Counted from the stretch's first letter, positions 11,057 to 23,455 are shown. The stretch is DNA of 63,049 bases from Nemertoderma westbladi (GCA_032718475.1 JAUCBJ010006300.1:1-63049), one strand, 5' to 3'. The notes: generated by a model from the letters alone, not told the origin. Program-made: numbers and translations.

Positions 11057-12280
11057 TGTAAAGGCTTTTGCGGATCTAGCTAGTTATTTTCCCCGCAAAG
11101 TACTCTGTAGGTGTTTTAACGGACATAAAAAGCCGTTTCCTTACTGTACCGGTGTTTTAGTGGACATAAAAAGCCATTACTTCTGTATGTGTACTTTAGC
11201 GGACATAACTAGCGATCTTATGTCGCAATAAGCCAAAATCCTCTTGATACAGTGTAGTTACCATGACGACATCTAACAGCTGATATGTCCACGTGTAACA
11301 TTTCTTTGTTCTTTGTTCTCTCTTTGTTCGGTCGACCAATCAGAGCGTTTTTTGACTCTGTGTTGGAGATTGTATACAGAAACTCATGCAATTGAGTCAG
11401 TATGTGTATTTTGTCCACAGCCAGAAGACCGGCTTTGGAATATCTGTGGTTTCAGGCTTTAGCCAAACATTAGTAGGCTTGATCATAGAAACGTATAACT
11501 GTTATCATATCTAATCATATCGCAACACAAACTAATCACAAGTCAGTGTGTCAAATCATATTGTCAACTACAAACACCGCATTTTTACTGCTATTTACTG
11601 TCGGTTATTCATTATATCAGTTGATGGAATATTGTTATATTTGGATAATATCGATCAATAATCAGAAACCCCAATCTTCTTGATATACTGAAGGTTAGAG
11701 AGACCGGTTACATATAACAATTGCGACTTACATTAAAGTGGTTTTGGAGTGAATCTAATGCTATTTCATAGGCACTACATGAGTCGGTTGCTGTTCTCTT
11801 TATATGTGACTAAAATTAGTGAAGGTCGGCAGATCGGTGTGCAGCATTGTGCGGTAGTGTGCATGATTGTGACTGATAACAAAGCATCTCCTAAAGAATG
11901 CGCTTTATACGTGAATCCATAGCCATCCCGTTGTGTCTAGTGTAAGACATAACTCTGTTTATATATTTAGAGCGCCACGTCCTAAAGGAACTGTTAATAT
12001 TTCCCGAAAGTGAATAATATTTGTCAGAGATTATATATTAACGATCAGTTGAATAATACCGTAGGCCTACACCGCAATAAGGTCAAAGCTTCCGAATCCA
12101 GTCTCCCGGGTATATCCAGCGGGTGAATGGTCGCGCATAGACTGGCTTCGGCTAATGTAGTGTATCAAATACTCGTCATAGGCTAAAGTCGATTTATAAT
12201 TAATAATTTTAATTAATTAATAATTTTTAAGAGATTTAAATTTGGCAGGTTAAACTGCTAAAGGTCTGAAAGCGCGAACA
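11057..12280 (+). repeat. 5' LTR of copy B (1224 bp)
   Basis: TGTAAAGG...GCGCGAACA. Nearly identical to 23533-24732. Confidence 0.95.
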
Positions 12281-12291
12281 ATAACAGTTAT
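12281..12291 (+). other. Non-tRNA primer-binding site candidate ATAACAGTTAT, complementary to LTR 11495-11505
   Basis: Directly abuts the 5' LTR, has no TGG, and is the exact reverse complement of ATAACTGTTAT. Confidence 0.6.
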
Positions 12292-12559
12292 TGCTTCTGT
12301 ATTGCAGTAGGCAATAAAGCTGAAGTACCGGTCAACCGGTACCCAGTAGGCCTAACTACCTAACCACCCGAACCGGTACTTACAGCAGTACAGGTACAGC
12401 AGTATTATTTCGATTGTGATATATTGTATATTGTAGGCTGTTAGGGGATTAGGGATTGATCACCCCTTATTCCTTTGTATGGTTTACTTATTTCTGTCAG
12501 TTTTATTTATTTGTAGGCTAATATTGAGCAGAAGACGTGTAAGCCTGCTCAGATTGTAC

Positions 12560-13084
12560 AGATAATTTGTAGGCTGGACTGTTGTCTGACTGTTGTTAAG
12601 TCTGAAGAGATTGTAGTGTGTGTAGAGCGTATGTCCGATAAAGTACTAGTTAGGAACGTAGGGGCTTCCAGTGCTGTGAGGTAAATCCCCTCGAAAGAAT
12701 AAGTCGTACTACTCGGTTAGAACGCATACTAACTAACCATTTCGGAGTCTGCATATACTGTAGTTTGTTTAGGCTTGATAGTAGTCTGCCAGCGTTTTGT
12801 CTGTATTTTGTATGTGTAGTCTGTACGGGTAGCGTAATATTTCTTATTTAGATAATTTGTAGGCTGGATTGTTGTCTGGCTGTTGTTAGGTCTGAAGAGA
12901 TTGCGGTGTGTGTAGAGTGTATGTCCGATAAAGTACTAGTTAGGAACGTAGGGGCTTCCAGTGCTGTGAGGTAAATCCCCCTGAAAGAATAAGTCGTACT
13001 ACTCGGTTAGAACGCATACTAACTAACCATTTCGGAGTCTGCATATACTGTAGTTTGTTTAGGCTTGATAGTAGTCTGCCAGCG
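12560..13084 (+). repeat. About 290-bp tandem duplication in the long 5' leader
   Basis: AGATAATTTGTAGGCTGG...GTCTGCCAGCG occurs twice. It is also duplicated in copy C (about 35513-36030). Confidence 0.8.
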
Positions 13085-13931
13085 GGATAGTTATAAAACC
13101 CGAAAATAACGAAAAAGACGAATTTATCAGCGAAAATATCAAAATTATCAAACAATCTACAAAATATCGCTTTCCAATAAGATGAGTATAATTATAAGTC
13201 ACACTTTACATTTTTTAATTAATAAAATCCGATAATTTCGCCCCATTTTGGACCTTAAAAGTAATTTAATACCAAATACTGTCTACTGGTTGGTTGTTGG
13301 GTGTTGACCAATAATGGCAGCTTGGATGAATGACTCAGCATCAACAGATCAGTATAGGGGCCTACTGGTGTATTACTGTACAGTACAAGCATATGGTACG
13401 GTACAGCCTGAAGCGGCAAAGTTGAAAGAAGCGGTCCGGTACCCTAACCCAATACTGCAACGATGTAATTCCCATATGAAATGTTGTTTGCATTACGGCA
13501 TACGGTACCTTTAGCGCTACCTGGCCTAGGTGTGCACTGAAGGCCTACAGTGATACTGTCAGGCAAGTGACGCGGCGCTGCGGATGTGAACAGGTGAACG
13601 TAACAACAGAATTGCAGTCCAGCAGTCGCTATAACTGCAGTAGGCCTACACTCTGACTGTACTGTCCTAATTTGAGCGCCATCTTGTGGTGTTTTGCAAT
13701 CATTGGATCACCCCTAACAACCAATCAGCAGAGCCAGTATTTGGTATTAAATTACTTTTAGGGTCGAAAATGGGGCAAAATTAGCGGATTTTATTAATTA
13801 AAAAATATAAAGTGTGCCTTCTAATAATACCGATCTCACTGGAAAGTTAGATTTTATTTAAAGTTTTATAATTTCGATATTTTCGTTAATAATTTCGTCC
13901 TTTTCGTTTTTTTCGGGTTTTATAACTATCC
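13085..13931. mobile_element. Mutator-like MITE inserted in the leader of copy B
   Basis: About 215-bp imperfect TIRs starting GGATAGTTATAAAACCCG, with a 9-bp TSD CTGCCAGCG (13076-13084 and 13932-13940). Absent at the equivalent site of copy C (about 36023). Confidence 0.85.
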
Positions 13932-15331
13932 CTGCCAGCGTTTGGTCTGTATTTTGTTTGAGTAGTCTGTACGCGTAGCATAATATTTATTATTCAGAGT
14001 TTATGCGATTATTCGCAACATTCATATCCCCAAGTTTATTCCTACAGTAATTGTGCTTGTTATACATACCGTTATAGTTAAATTAACCCCGGTACTACAT
14101 CAGGGCTGCTTGGCGTAGGTAAAGACTGGTGATTTTGTGCCCCGGTCACTCCAGCAGATACCTTGGTTCTTTTAGCTGTACAAGTATTTCTAACTGCTGA
14201 TTATTTGTTGTATAAGTACTTGTACCTAATTTAGGGTTTAGTGTACAGTGCTTTCCGAAGGTAATTAGTGTGTAGGCAGTATATTTGTGTTGTAAAGTGG
14301 TTAATAGGCACGTTGGTTCTGGTAGACCGCGGTAATTAACTTCTAGGTAGGAACACTCCGTGATACATAACGTAGTACTTATAGCGATACGGCTATAAGT
14401 CGTCAGATGGTGGTATTTTTCCTATCTGGACAACGCAGTATATTTACTACTGCTTTGTTATTTTCAAATACCGTAGTATCCTGTCTGTTTGTAATAACCA
14501 GATATTCTAACCCTTTGTTAGGCTGGTTTGTAGACTTCTTGTAAAATTACCCTAAAAATTCGTACGTGTAATTTTTGTGTTTATTTAGAGATTGTAATCT
14601 CACCCCGAATTATAAGTAATTTGTAGTATTAAGTAACTTAGGTAAATTAGAATTATTTGTTTTAGTGTCCAACAAGTAGCACTTCACTGAGAGCGTACAG
14701 CTTCTGTGCAGTGACTCCTTCCCAGAAATAATAACATTTATTTCAAATATTGACAAAACCCATTAAACGGGTATATATATATATTATAAATCAACTCAAA
14801 CCGATTTATAAAATAGTAGGCCTGTCTTACAACAATTAGGTCTTAATGTCAGTTGGACTACTGCTTAAATAACGGTAATCAAGTAAAGTAAAGTAACCAA
14901 GTAACCCCTAAAAGTCAGAAATTCAATTATTCTAAAATAATTGACATACCGGTATTTACAATAGGCTTATTATATTTATTTCTACAAATTTAGGCTGAAA
15001 TTATACCGGTATTCTGTAATTAATTCTAGTCCATAATTATACTTATATATACTATAAGTGTAAGCTGTATACCGGTATTCACGATAGGCCTATTATATAT
15101 ATATATATATATTTGTGCTGAAATTATATACCAGTATTCTGTGACAAACCTAGTCTGTAATAATACTTATATATACTATAAGTATATACCGGTACTCTAA
15201 TATATTGTATATATATCACGTTACATAGAGTAACGATATCGGTAATTAATTACTAGGCTAACAGTGATACTGAATTACTAGACTTGCTTTAACTGTAATA
15301 TAGCAGTAGGTATTCAACTGTACAAACAAAC

Positions 15332-18300
15332 ATGTCTGACACAAAGCAAAACCTATCAGACAGTCTACTAGATACAACTATCTGTGACCCAGATAGGAGT
15401 GTGGAACGTGTGAGACCGAAGTTCAATTCACCTCCTACTGTAAGAAAGATCATCCCTCCAGTAGTAGTATCAGACCCTAGGCTAGTCCAACACCGTAGGT
15501 CTATCATAGGCACTCGAGCTCAGGTCAAGCGGGACCAAGAAGCAGCGGAACAGCAGCAACATTCGAGCCGAGAACTTATTTCTCAGCGGCCCGACAGCTC
15601 CAGTAGTGCGGATACTGTAGAGCTGACACCCGAGTGCGGAGCAAAGATGGCAGATGCGGTTTATTCGGATCCCCTTCTCATCCTTCCTGCAGCCGTACTC
15701 ACTAGGGTATTGATTGCGGTGGAGGAACACCAGATTGATTGGGCGAGAAGTAAGCGATCGACCAAGGATAATTATGCGGGATACACAAGGGAAGAACTGA
15801 AGTCTATTGTCGAGTCGCAATGGAACTTCCCCGGACCCGGACTCCCGTTTGACTTATCGGAAGCTGCCTGGGAAGACATACACAGGATGGGAGTGACAAA
15901 AGAAACCAGTGATCCAGCTGTGTGGAAGAGGTCAGCAGCAGGATACGTACAGGGATTCTTCAGCTCAATGGAGCGATTAAAGGAACAACTGTTTCGACAA
16001 CCCCAAGGACCTCAAGAACAGGGAGAGCTGCTTTATCAAGTTAGAGAAAGAATTCTACGAATCAGACTAATCTTATCGGCCTTTGAGGAGGCTTCAAAAA
16101 GAAGACAAGACACGTCGTTGCAAGTTGCCGTAAAGACTTGGTTTCAGCGGGTGAGTCTCCAAGTTCAAGGAACTGCCCAGTGGAAATCTCAGCTGTCTGA
16201 GCGCTCAACCCATGGAGAATCAACAGACGCTACATTTTCCCAAGTGGAAAGTGAAGCGACGGCAGAGAAACCGCATGAGAGGGATGCTATTGACATCTAT
16301 CTGTCGGACTATCAACGATTTGTAGGTGACGAAGAGTTGAGGAGACGGCTGTCTGGACTTAGCCCTAATAGTGAAGGAGCCAAGCTTGTGTTGGACGCAA
16401 TCGATGCGGATATGATAGCTGCGAACCAAGCTAAATTTGATGAAAGGCTCCGCATCGCTAGGGTCCAAGAAGAACAAGTCAAGAAAAAACGTATAGAAGA
16501 CAGAAAGACAGCAGCAGCGGCAATGGCAGCGGCAGAAGCGGAAAGAAAGGCGGCAGAGGCAGCGGCAGAGGCAAAAGCGGCAGCTGCAGCAATAAAAGCG
16601 GCAGCGGCAGAGGCAAAAGCGGCAGCTGCAGCAGTAGAAGCGGAAAGAAAAGCGGCAGCTGCAGCAATAAAAGCGGCAGCGGCAGAGGCAAAAGCGGCAG
16701 CTGCAGCAGTAGAAGTGGAAAGAAAAGCGGCAGCGGCAGAAGCGGAAAGAAAGATAGCAATGGCAGAAGCATAATGAAGAGCATCTGAAGAGACCACCCA
16801 ACTAGAGTTGGAAAATATTCAAGAGAATCAAGACTGCATAAATAAACAGTTAACAGCTAGTAATATGCAGATGATGAATCGATCTACTCCCAAAAGACAG
16901 GGATATACATCATCTGATGAAGGCGATACCACCGATCCTGAAGGCGGAGGAAATAGATCTCGTCTAAGCAGACGTAGAAGAATGTCCCACCGTCAGAAAT
17001 TGCCTGATTTGCCCCCAGCTGTTAGAAGGCAACTAACTAACACAGACTTACGTAGTACAGAACCCACAGACCAAATAATTAAAATAGAAAGACTCCCTAC
17101 TATAGTAGATGAGCCTGAAATAATTAGGCCTGTTCTTGAAATCACCCCTTCGGTGATAGAGACACCTGTACTCCCAGAACCTACCGCTAAATTCCCTTTG
17201 CACAGTACTAAACTACATGTGCCCCACAAAACAACCCCTGAGACAGTTCCTGTCCTGGACTCCGAGCGAAAGATCAATGATTTGTCGCCCGTTGTCCCTC
17301 ATCTACCCGCTACTACGTTGGCGGCTCCCGCTTCGGCGGTCGAGTGGGTGGATGTGGGGTGGCGGGGGATGAATCTCCTGCTCGGGCAGATGCAGGAGAC
17401 TGTTCATCAGTTTAAAGGAACAGTAAGGGAAAATAAGTTAGAGTTGCAAGAAGTGCAGCAGAGTATTGCATTAGAATGCGATAAATTAGTAAATACACAA
17501 AAGGGTATACCACCACCCCCTGTAACAATGTGTCAACCTGTTAGGTCTGAAGTATTTCATGCGCAAGGTGTGGAGCCTACACGCATTTATACTGCTAGTG
17601 AAGTGGAAACTCCTATAATAAACCCTATTAAGGGTAATTATAAACCTGTTGAAAATGATATTCCATATAGACTTGATAATAACCCGAGAAATTTATATAC
17701 CGATAACTCGATATTAAATAACACGATGGCCCAAGAAAGTTTTACGCGTCAAATGGCTAGAACCGAAGCCCGTCAAGCGGTAAAGGTGGGAGAGATCGTC
17801 AAGTTCAATGGAGATGAGATGAAATGGTTACCTTTTAATGAATATTACAAAGATAACATACTGAACTCTGTGCTATCTAACGGAGAGAAACTTAGATTCC
17901 TCATCGGGTGCTTGGAAGGATCTCCCAAGTTAATGGCGTTAAAGTTTATTGGACATCCAGATGGATTAAGACAAGTTTGGGATACACTAAACATCAGGTA
18001 TGGTAATAGGAATAACATAGCTAGGTATTTGTATGCAAAATTGGTAGCCCCCCGAAAGTTCATTAGCAGCGGGATTATAGAGTTTTCCGATGAGATTCAA
18101 GAGATCTGTAGACAATTAGATTGGCTAGGTAAGTCTCATGAATATCAGAGTTCTATGGTTATTGGAGCCGTGGCCTCAACTTTACCTAAGGGTGGAGTAG
18201 GCACACGCTGGGATAAGAAAGTGTTATATATGATGGAACAACAACGACGAGACCCTACCATGGCTGATCTCATGTCATTCTTAGATGGAGAAGTGAAATT

Positions 18301-20374
18301 ACAGCTCCTAAAGCAGTCCAGAGAGAAGACACCGGAAAACAAGGTAAGTGAGAAACCCGTTTCTAGGAGAAAGGTAACACCAGTGTGTTATACCGACGAC
18401 GGCGAAAGCCAGGCTTCTCAAGAAGAAGACAGCGGGAAAGACACTGAAAGATCTTATTATGTCAATAAAACTCCTAAAGACGTAAGTAAATTCAAGTCTC
18501 GAACCAATGACAGGAGAGAACAGGTAAGAAAAACTCCTCCTACGTCTCCTAAGAGAATTCAGGTAAGAAAGCCCGAAGAAAGAACGAGTGTGCACAACGT
18601 TACTCAAAATAAGGTAAGTAACATCAAACCGAAATGTGCGCTGTGTGAAGGGACCCACCATTTAAGTGCGTGTGATGAATTCCTGAGGAAATCATTAAAG
18701 GATAGACATGAAGTCATGTGGGATAAGCGGTTGTGTTATAATTGCCTCAGACAAGGACACCAACGGCTAACCTGTTACTCCGACGCAAGGTGTGCAAAGT
18801 GCGGTGCAAAACATCATATCTTGTTGCACACTGAATTCGAACGAAACAGCCCGAGTCAGGTAAGTGCGTCCGAACTACATGTCCAATTCAGTGATGTGAA
18901 CGACACTGACCAAAGTTCTGAGATGGAAGGATTCTATACGGACGAATTCTCCGACGAAAACGAATCCTGTTACCTGATAAATACCGCAGTGTATCGAGTA
19001 CTTACGCATGAAAAGGACACCGACAGCGAGCTCCCCCTAACTACTTCTGACCGACAACCATCTTGGAAAGCACCAACTTCCAATGTAGGAATCCGAGAAT
19101 TTCCCGTAGTGCAGTTAAGGGTCCACGGACCTAAAAGGAGTTATATAGTGAACGCCCTCCTTGACTCTGGTAGCACAGGAATATTCATCGACAAAGAACT
19201 AGTCGAAGACATCTTTGCTGGACAACCCAAGTTCCGAACTAAGTTAAACATGTCAGGAATTATGCAGGTTTGGAAATCTACAGTAATAGCGGATTATTAT
19301 GTAGGTGCGTTGTCCACCCCCCAGGATGAACTAGGAGAACATAGTATAAGGTCAGTAAAAATGGTGGCGATATAGAACTTCGCTACCAGCCAAGTAGAAC
19401 CTTATAACTGGGATGAGGACGATTCCACCCAGCAGCTTAATATACCTAGATTCAACACAGATTACCCTGGAGTGCAAATACTCATCGGCCAAAATGCGCA
19501 TGAAGCGCTTGAGACATTGGAGAAACGGCCTGCTCAACCGCAACCATTACAAGTCTATGCGGGAAGAACTAGAGTAGGTTGGTACTTTACTGGCCCTTCC
19601 CGTAGAACTCTCATGGAAAGATTACCAAAAGAACAGGTATATCAATTAAGTGAATGGGAAGTGGAGAGCAGTGAAGTTGACGACCCAACTGAGGGAACAC
19701 CATACTCCTCAGATAATGACGATATTAACTCCAATGTAGATCAATGGAGATATTGCCCCGAGACGATTAATCTAGCCGACATCGCTTCCAGAGGAGCAAC
19801 TCCTCAAGAACTGACAGATACTCCAGACTGGTTAGGTGGACCCGACTTCCTAAGTAAAGAAGATGAATGGCCTCCCCATCTTACCACGGTTGAGATTAGA
19901 CAAGCCAAGGGAGCGGAGAAAGTCAAACCTAAAACCCGGACGAGTAAATCAAGGTTATTTAAACCCGTGATAGATCTGTCTGTATTACACATTGCCAGGG
20001 ACGACGCTGTGGATCTAAACTCCCCCACCGCGAACCGATCTGTTGTGGAGATCAGAGAGAGAGACTGGAGATCTGGAACACCAGACGTCTCACCGGGACT
20101 CTCACCTCTCCTGCCGGAAGCGATGGACCACTATAGATCCTGGAATCGGCTTTGTAAGGCCGTCGTGTATTTGAAGCGATGTTTCTATCGTCACTATTCC
20201 AGGACGAAGAGGAAACCTGGAATTGTCTTCGAGAAACAGCAGCTCAATCGCCCAGTTGGTCGTTTATGTTTACTGGAACGAGACCGAGAACTGTCCGGAA
20301 ACTATGGAAGGCAAGATACTCTTCCCACGACCACCTCCCTAATCCAACAAACATCTAGGGACTCCCCAACGTAA
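15332..20374 (+). pseudogene. gag: BEL/Pao gag-protease polyprotein with RT and integrase deleted; one frame broken by stops at 16772-16777 (TAA TGA) and 19373-19375 (TAG)
   Basis: DUF1759-like KFNGD..W..F / EKL.FL / WDTL..RYG; triple Cys-His knuckles CALC..H..C, CYNCL..GH..C, CAKC..HHILLH; protease ALLDSGS and ILIG; RNase H tail QWRYCP..NLADIASRG; integrase tail RPVGRLCLLE. The three track ORFs share a frame. Confidence 0.92.
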
Positions 20375-20943
20375 CAGCGTCTGGAGTGGGTGTTTGACTA
20401 TATGATTTTATATTTGTTTTTATTGTTTTATATTTATGTATGTATTATTATGTAATTTTATTGTAATCGTTTTCTTTAATTATATTTAGTAGAATGTTAT
20501 TTTAGCGATTATTTAGTAGATTAGTGCAATATATATTCGCGTTTATTACTTAATTACTTATATATTATATATTTAGTGCGACGGCGAGAAATAATTCTTT
20601 TTCTCTTTCCTTACTGTCCGTATTACATTATAAAGCGTGACTACAGTAAGATGAAATATCCGTACTTATTAAAGTACAATAAAGCTCCTACTATATTATT
20701 GCTCCTACTATACTATAGTATTATTGGTAAGTAGAGTATTAGGAATGCAAAATTCAGATCCTCGTGTCTCGGCTAAACCAAGCTCTGGGTAGACCTTGGA
20801 AACGACTTGCCTCTTCTCACTGACATTGCTTCGTGCGATATTGCTCTCATACCGTATATTAAATAATACATATAGTAGCGTGATGTCCCTTTAACAGTAG
20901 CGTATAATGCAAATAAATCTGTTAAACCCTTTGACCATCTGTA

Positions 20944-21215
20944 ATTCTAGTCGATTAAGATATCGCGGCACCCACCGATATACTTAAAAGACAAAATTCT
21001 AGAATCAGTGGTTAACGTCCCCAGACAAGTTCTGGAATAAACTGGTGCCCATCCTAAATATTAATTATTAATATTTACAAAATCTGTCAAATTTTAGATC
21101 CTTTAAAATTCTAGTCTATTAAGATATCGTAGCACTTACCGATATTCTTAAAAAGACCAATTTCCTAGAATCAAGGATCCTAGTCCCCAGACATGTTCTG
21201 GAATAAAATTGTGTC
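20944..21215 (+). repeat. Two about 164-bp-period tandem repeats in the element's 3' non-coding region
   Basis: ATTCTAGTC.ATTAAGATATCG...CCCCAGACA..TTCTGGAATAA occurs twice. Conserved in copy C (about 42643-42905). Confidence 0.7.
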
Positions 21216-22026
21216 TATTTAATATAAAATAATAAAATTTACGGGAATAAATTTAAATTCATGTTTTAATGAATTTGATAAATTGTCATTTTTATACAAT
21301 TTATAACATTCCCAAAATTCCATTAATTAATAGATCATGGGAGCGGAGATTCACTCTATTAAGTGTAGTAGTGTGCGAGAATCTCCAATATATAGTCAAT
21401 AGCCGATTAAAATTCATAAAATCATGTATAAAGAGGAATATTGACAATTAAAGAATTACTATTAAATAGCATCCCAGATCTGTATGCATGAGAATTACCC
21501 TAATTCTACTGCTAGCTTTCCATAATGTCACCATGGTAACAACCACGCTAGAATTAGAAGTGAGTTAAAAGAACAATAAAGGCTTGCCCCCTTGAATAAC
21601 ATAAGGAATAAATAGCATACTGCTAGTATCCCAGGATACCCAATAATAACGTGGCATTCTGGAAGGCACTGACTAACGGACAAATGACCCGAATGTGTGC
21701 GATTTGTGACAGTTGTGTGGAATTTGTGTGTTTATAGGTGAATGTTACTACTAAAGTGTGTTTACAGTAGCGAGTCGCAATTGTGAAAGTAGCCCTAACT
21801 CTCCAGTAAAAACCTGAAGTAAATCTAAGCCTTTGGGACGGACGGTGGAGTGACTCGCGCTGGTTGTTGTGGTCGTTGTGCAGCTACGACGTTGGCGATA
21901 GGCACATCGGCGAAAGTACACCAGCGCTGAGGATCTTGCGCTGTCCGGGGGCCGAGAGGGGTAGGCAGCGACGCCCGCTAGCCTAATTATAACTAATTAT
22001 AATATTGATAAACTCATATAGCAGCT

Positions 22027-23455
22027 ATGACTCAGTTGATAGAAGATGATCGGATATACAGGGAGCGATATACTCTACCTTTACAAGCGTTTGTTGATAG
22101 CTTGATACGCAGCGACGCTAGTCCAACTACAGGGAGCGATATACTCTACCTTTACAAGCGTTTGTTGATAGCTTGATACGCAGCGACGCTAGTCCAACTA
22201 CTCCGGAGGGCGATGGTCGTTATATCGAACCGCCGATGTCCCAGGAGCAACTTACGTGTGAATTGGACTATCGAAAATTCACTGCTCGCTATACGCATCG
22301 TAATGGTACACATATGGACTTCTTAACTACTGGTCATCCTATCGATTTACACGATACGGACGATTTCGACACCGAAAGGGAAATGGTACTATTTAAATAT
22401 CCTACCCAGCGGAGTCGGAACGATAAACTGAAAATAGAATGCGAAAATTCTATTCGAAATCGACTCGAAAGAGAAGACGTTAAAGAACCGGATAAGCGCA
22501 GTACCTCCAACGTATATTTGGAATTCTTGAGAGAAACGTTGTAAAACCGAATAAATATCACCCGCGTTTCCCCTACAAGACGTGCGTCTTTGGTATTATT
22601 GCGATGAATGCCCAAGACCCAACCAACAAACGGAAAGACATATACATCCGCGGAGACGTTGCTTTAAACACGGTTTTACTCGCTATATTTACGGGAGTTT
22701 CGAGCGAAACTTGTTCGATGTATCACCTACGCTCGCTCGATTCAAACGATCCTTAAATAAACCAATGATCAGAGTTCCGGAATACTCAGTCAGACCTCCT
22801 CATTCCCTAGTTAGACCTCAGACTCTTGATCCTAATAGTATCACGGATCCTCCCGAACTGTACTCACTGTTCAAAGATCTAGTGTTACCTGAACAATTAG
22901 TCGGTGGCACTCCGGTTGTGAGATCCCTAGATATTCGTCCATCTTACCTAGTCGGATTGGGACGCGGACATCTAATATCGCCATTCAACCGTATCATCGT
23001 CCCTGTTTAACCCGATACAACCTGTCACCGAGGCGGAGGAAAGAGTTGTACGAAACACGTTGGACACTATTCGTCAAAAGATCGGAAAATGAACCTACAA
23101 TTGTTTAGAGAAACGTAAATAGCAGCAGCAAGTCCAAGCGGTAAACGAATTAACTTTATCTCAGTTCGATCAGGAAATTCAGAATCTCTAAGAAGATATC
23201 GAACTTGGACGACCCTATTCTCTGCAAGAGTTTTGGACGAACGCATCCAACGATAAGCGGAGGAAAATCAGCTCGAGGAGAAGCATATCGAAATGGACGA
23301 GACATCGACCGTAACCCTAACCTTCCGATGCAATTGTATTGCACCCTTCACCCAGGAGTACAGCCCTCCTAGTAAAGTGGCTCGCCCCAAAGAGAAAAGG
23401 ACTCTTGCTAGCCTCAAAAAACTGCGTAAATGCCGTCCGCGCAAGAAAAACTAAC
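22027..23455 (+). pseudogene. Disrupted orphan 3' ORF of copy B
   Basis: ATG at 22027 (MTQLIEDD) is homologous to 43719. A 71-bp tandem duplication (about 22057-22198) shifts the frame and further stops follow. The tail is homologous to the copy A ORF end. Confidence 0.65.

Noticed and set aside
12092-12160. HDV-like or hammerhead ribozyme in the LTR
   Set aside because: GGCTAATG resembles an HDV J4/2 strand, but I could not build the nested double pseudoknot or a hammerhead core by eye. It is kept only as an unclassified structure.
11693-12248. Intron inside the LTR (AG|GTTAGA ... TTTGGCAG|G)
   Set aside because: The motifs are conserved, but the acceptor-like one is also explained by the terminal hairpin, and there is no transcript evidence.
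16772-16777. Programmed readthrough or frameshift in gag (also the shift at about 39795)
   Set aside because: Each lesion is private to one copy and the other copy is open at the same position, so they look like mutations.
16220-16801. Antisense Cys-, Ala- or Leu/Pro-rich ORFs (also 38361-38864)
   Set aside because: They are shadow frames of the GCA/GCG-rich gag repeat.
22027-23455. env gene
   Set aside because: No signal peptide, TM anchor or Cys-rich ectodomain is visible.
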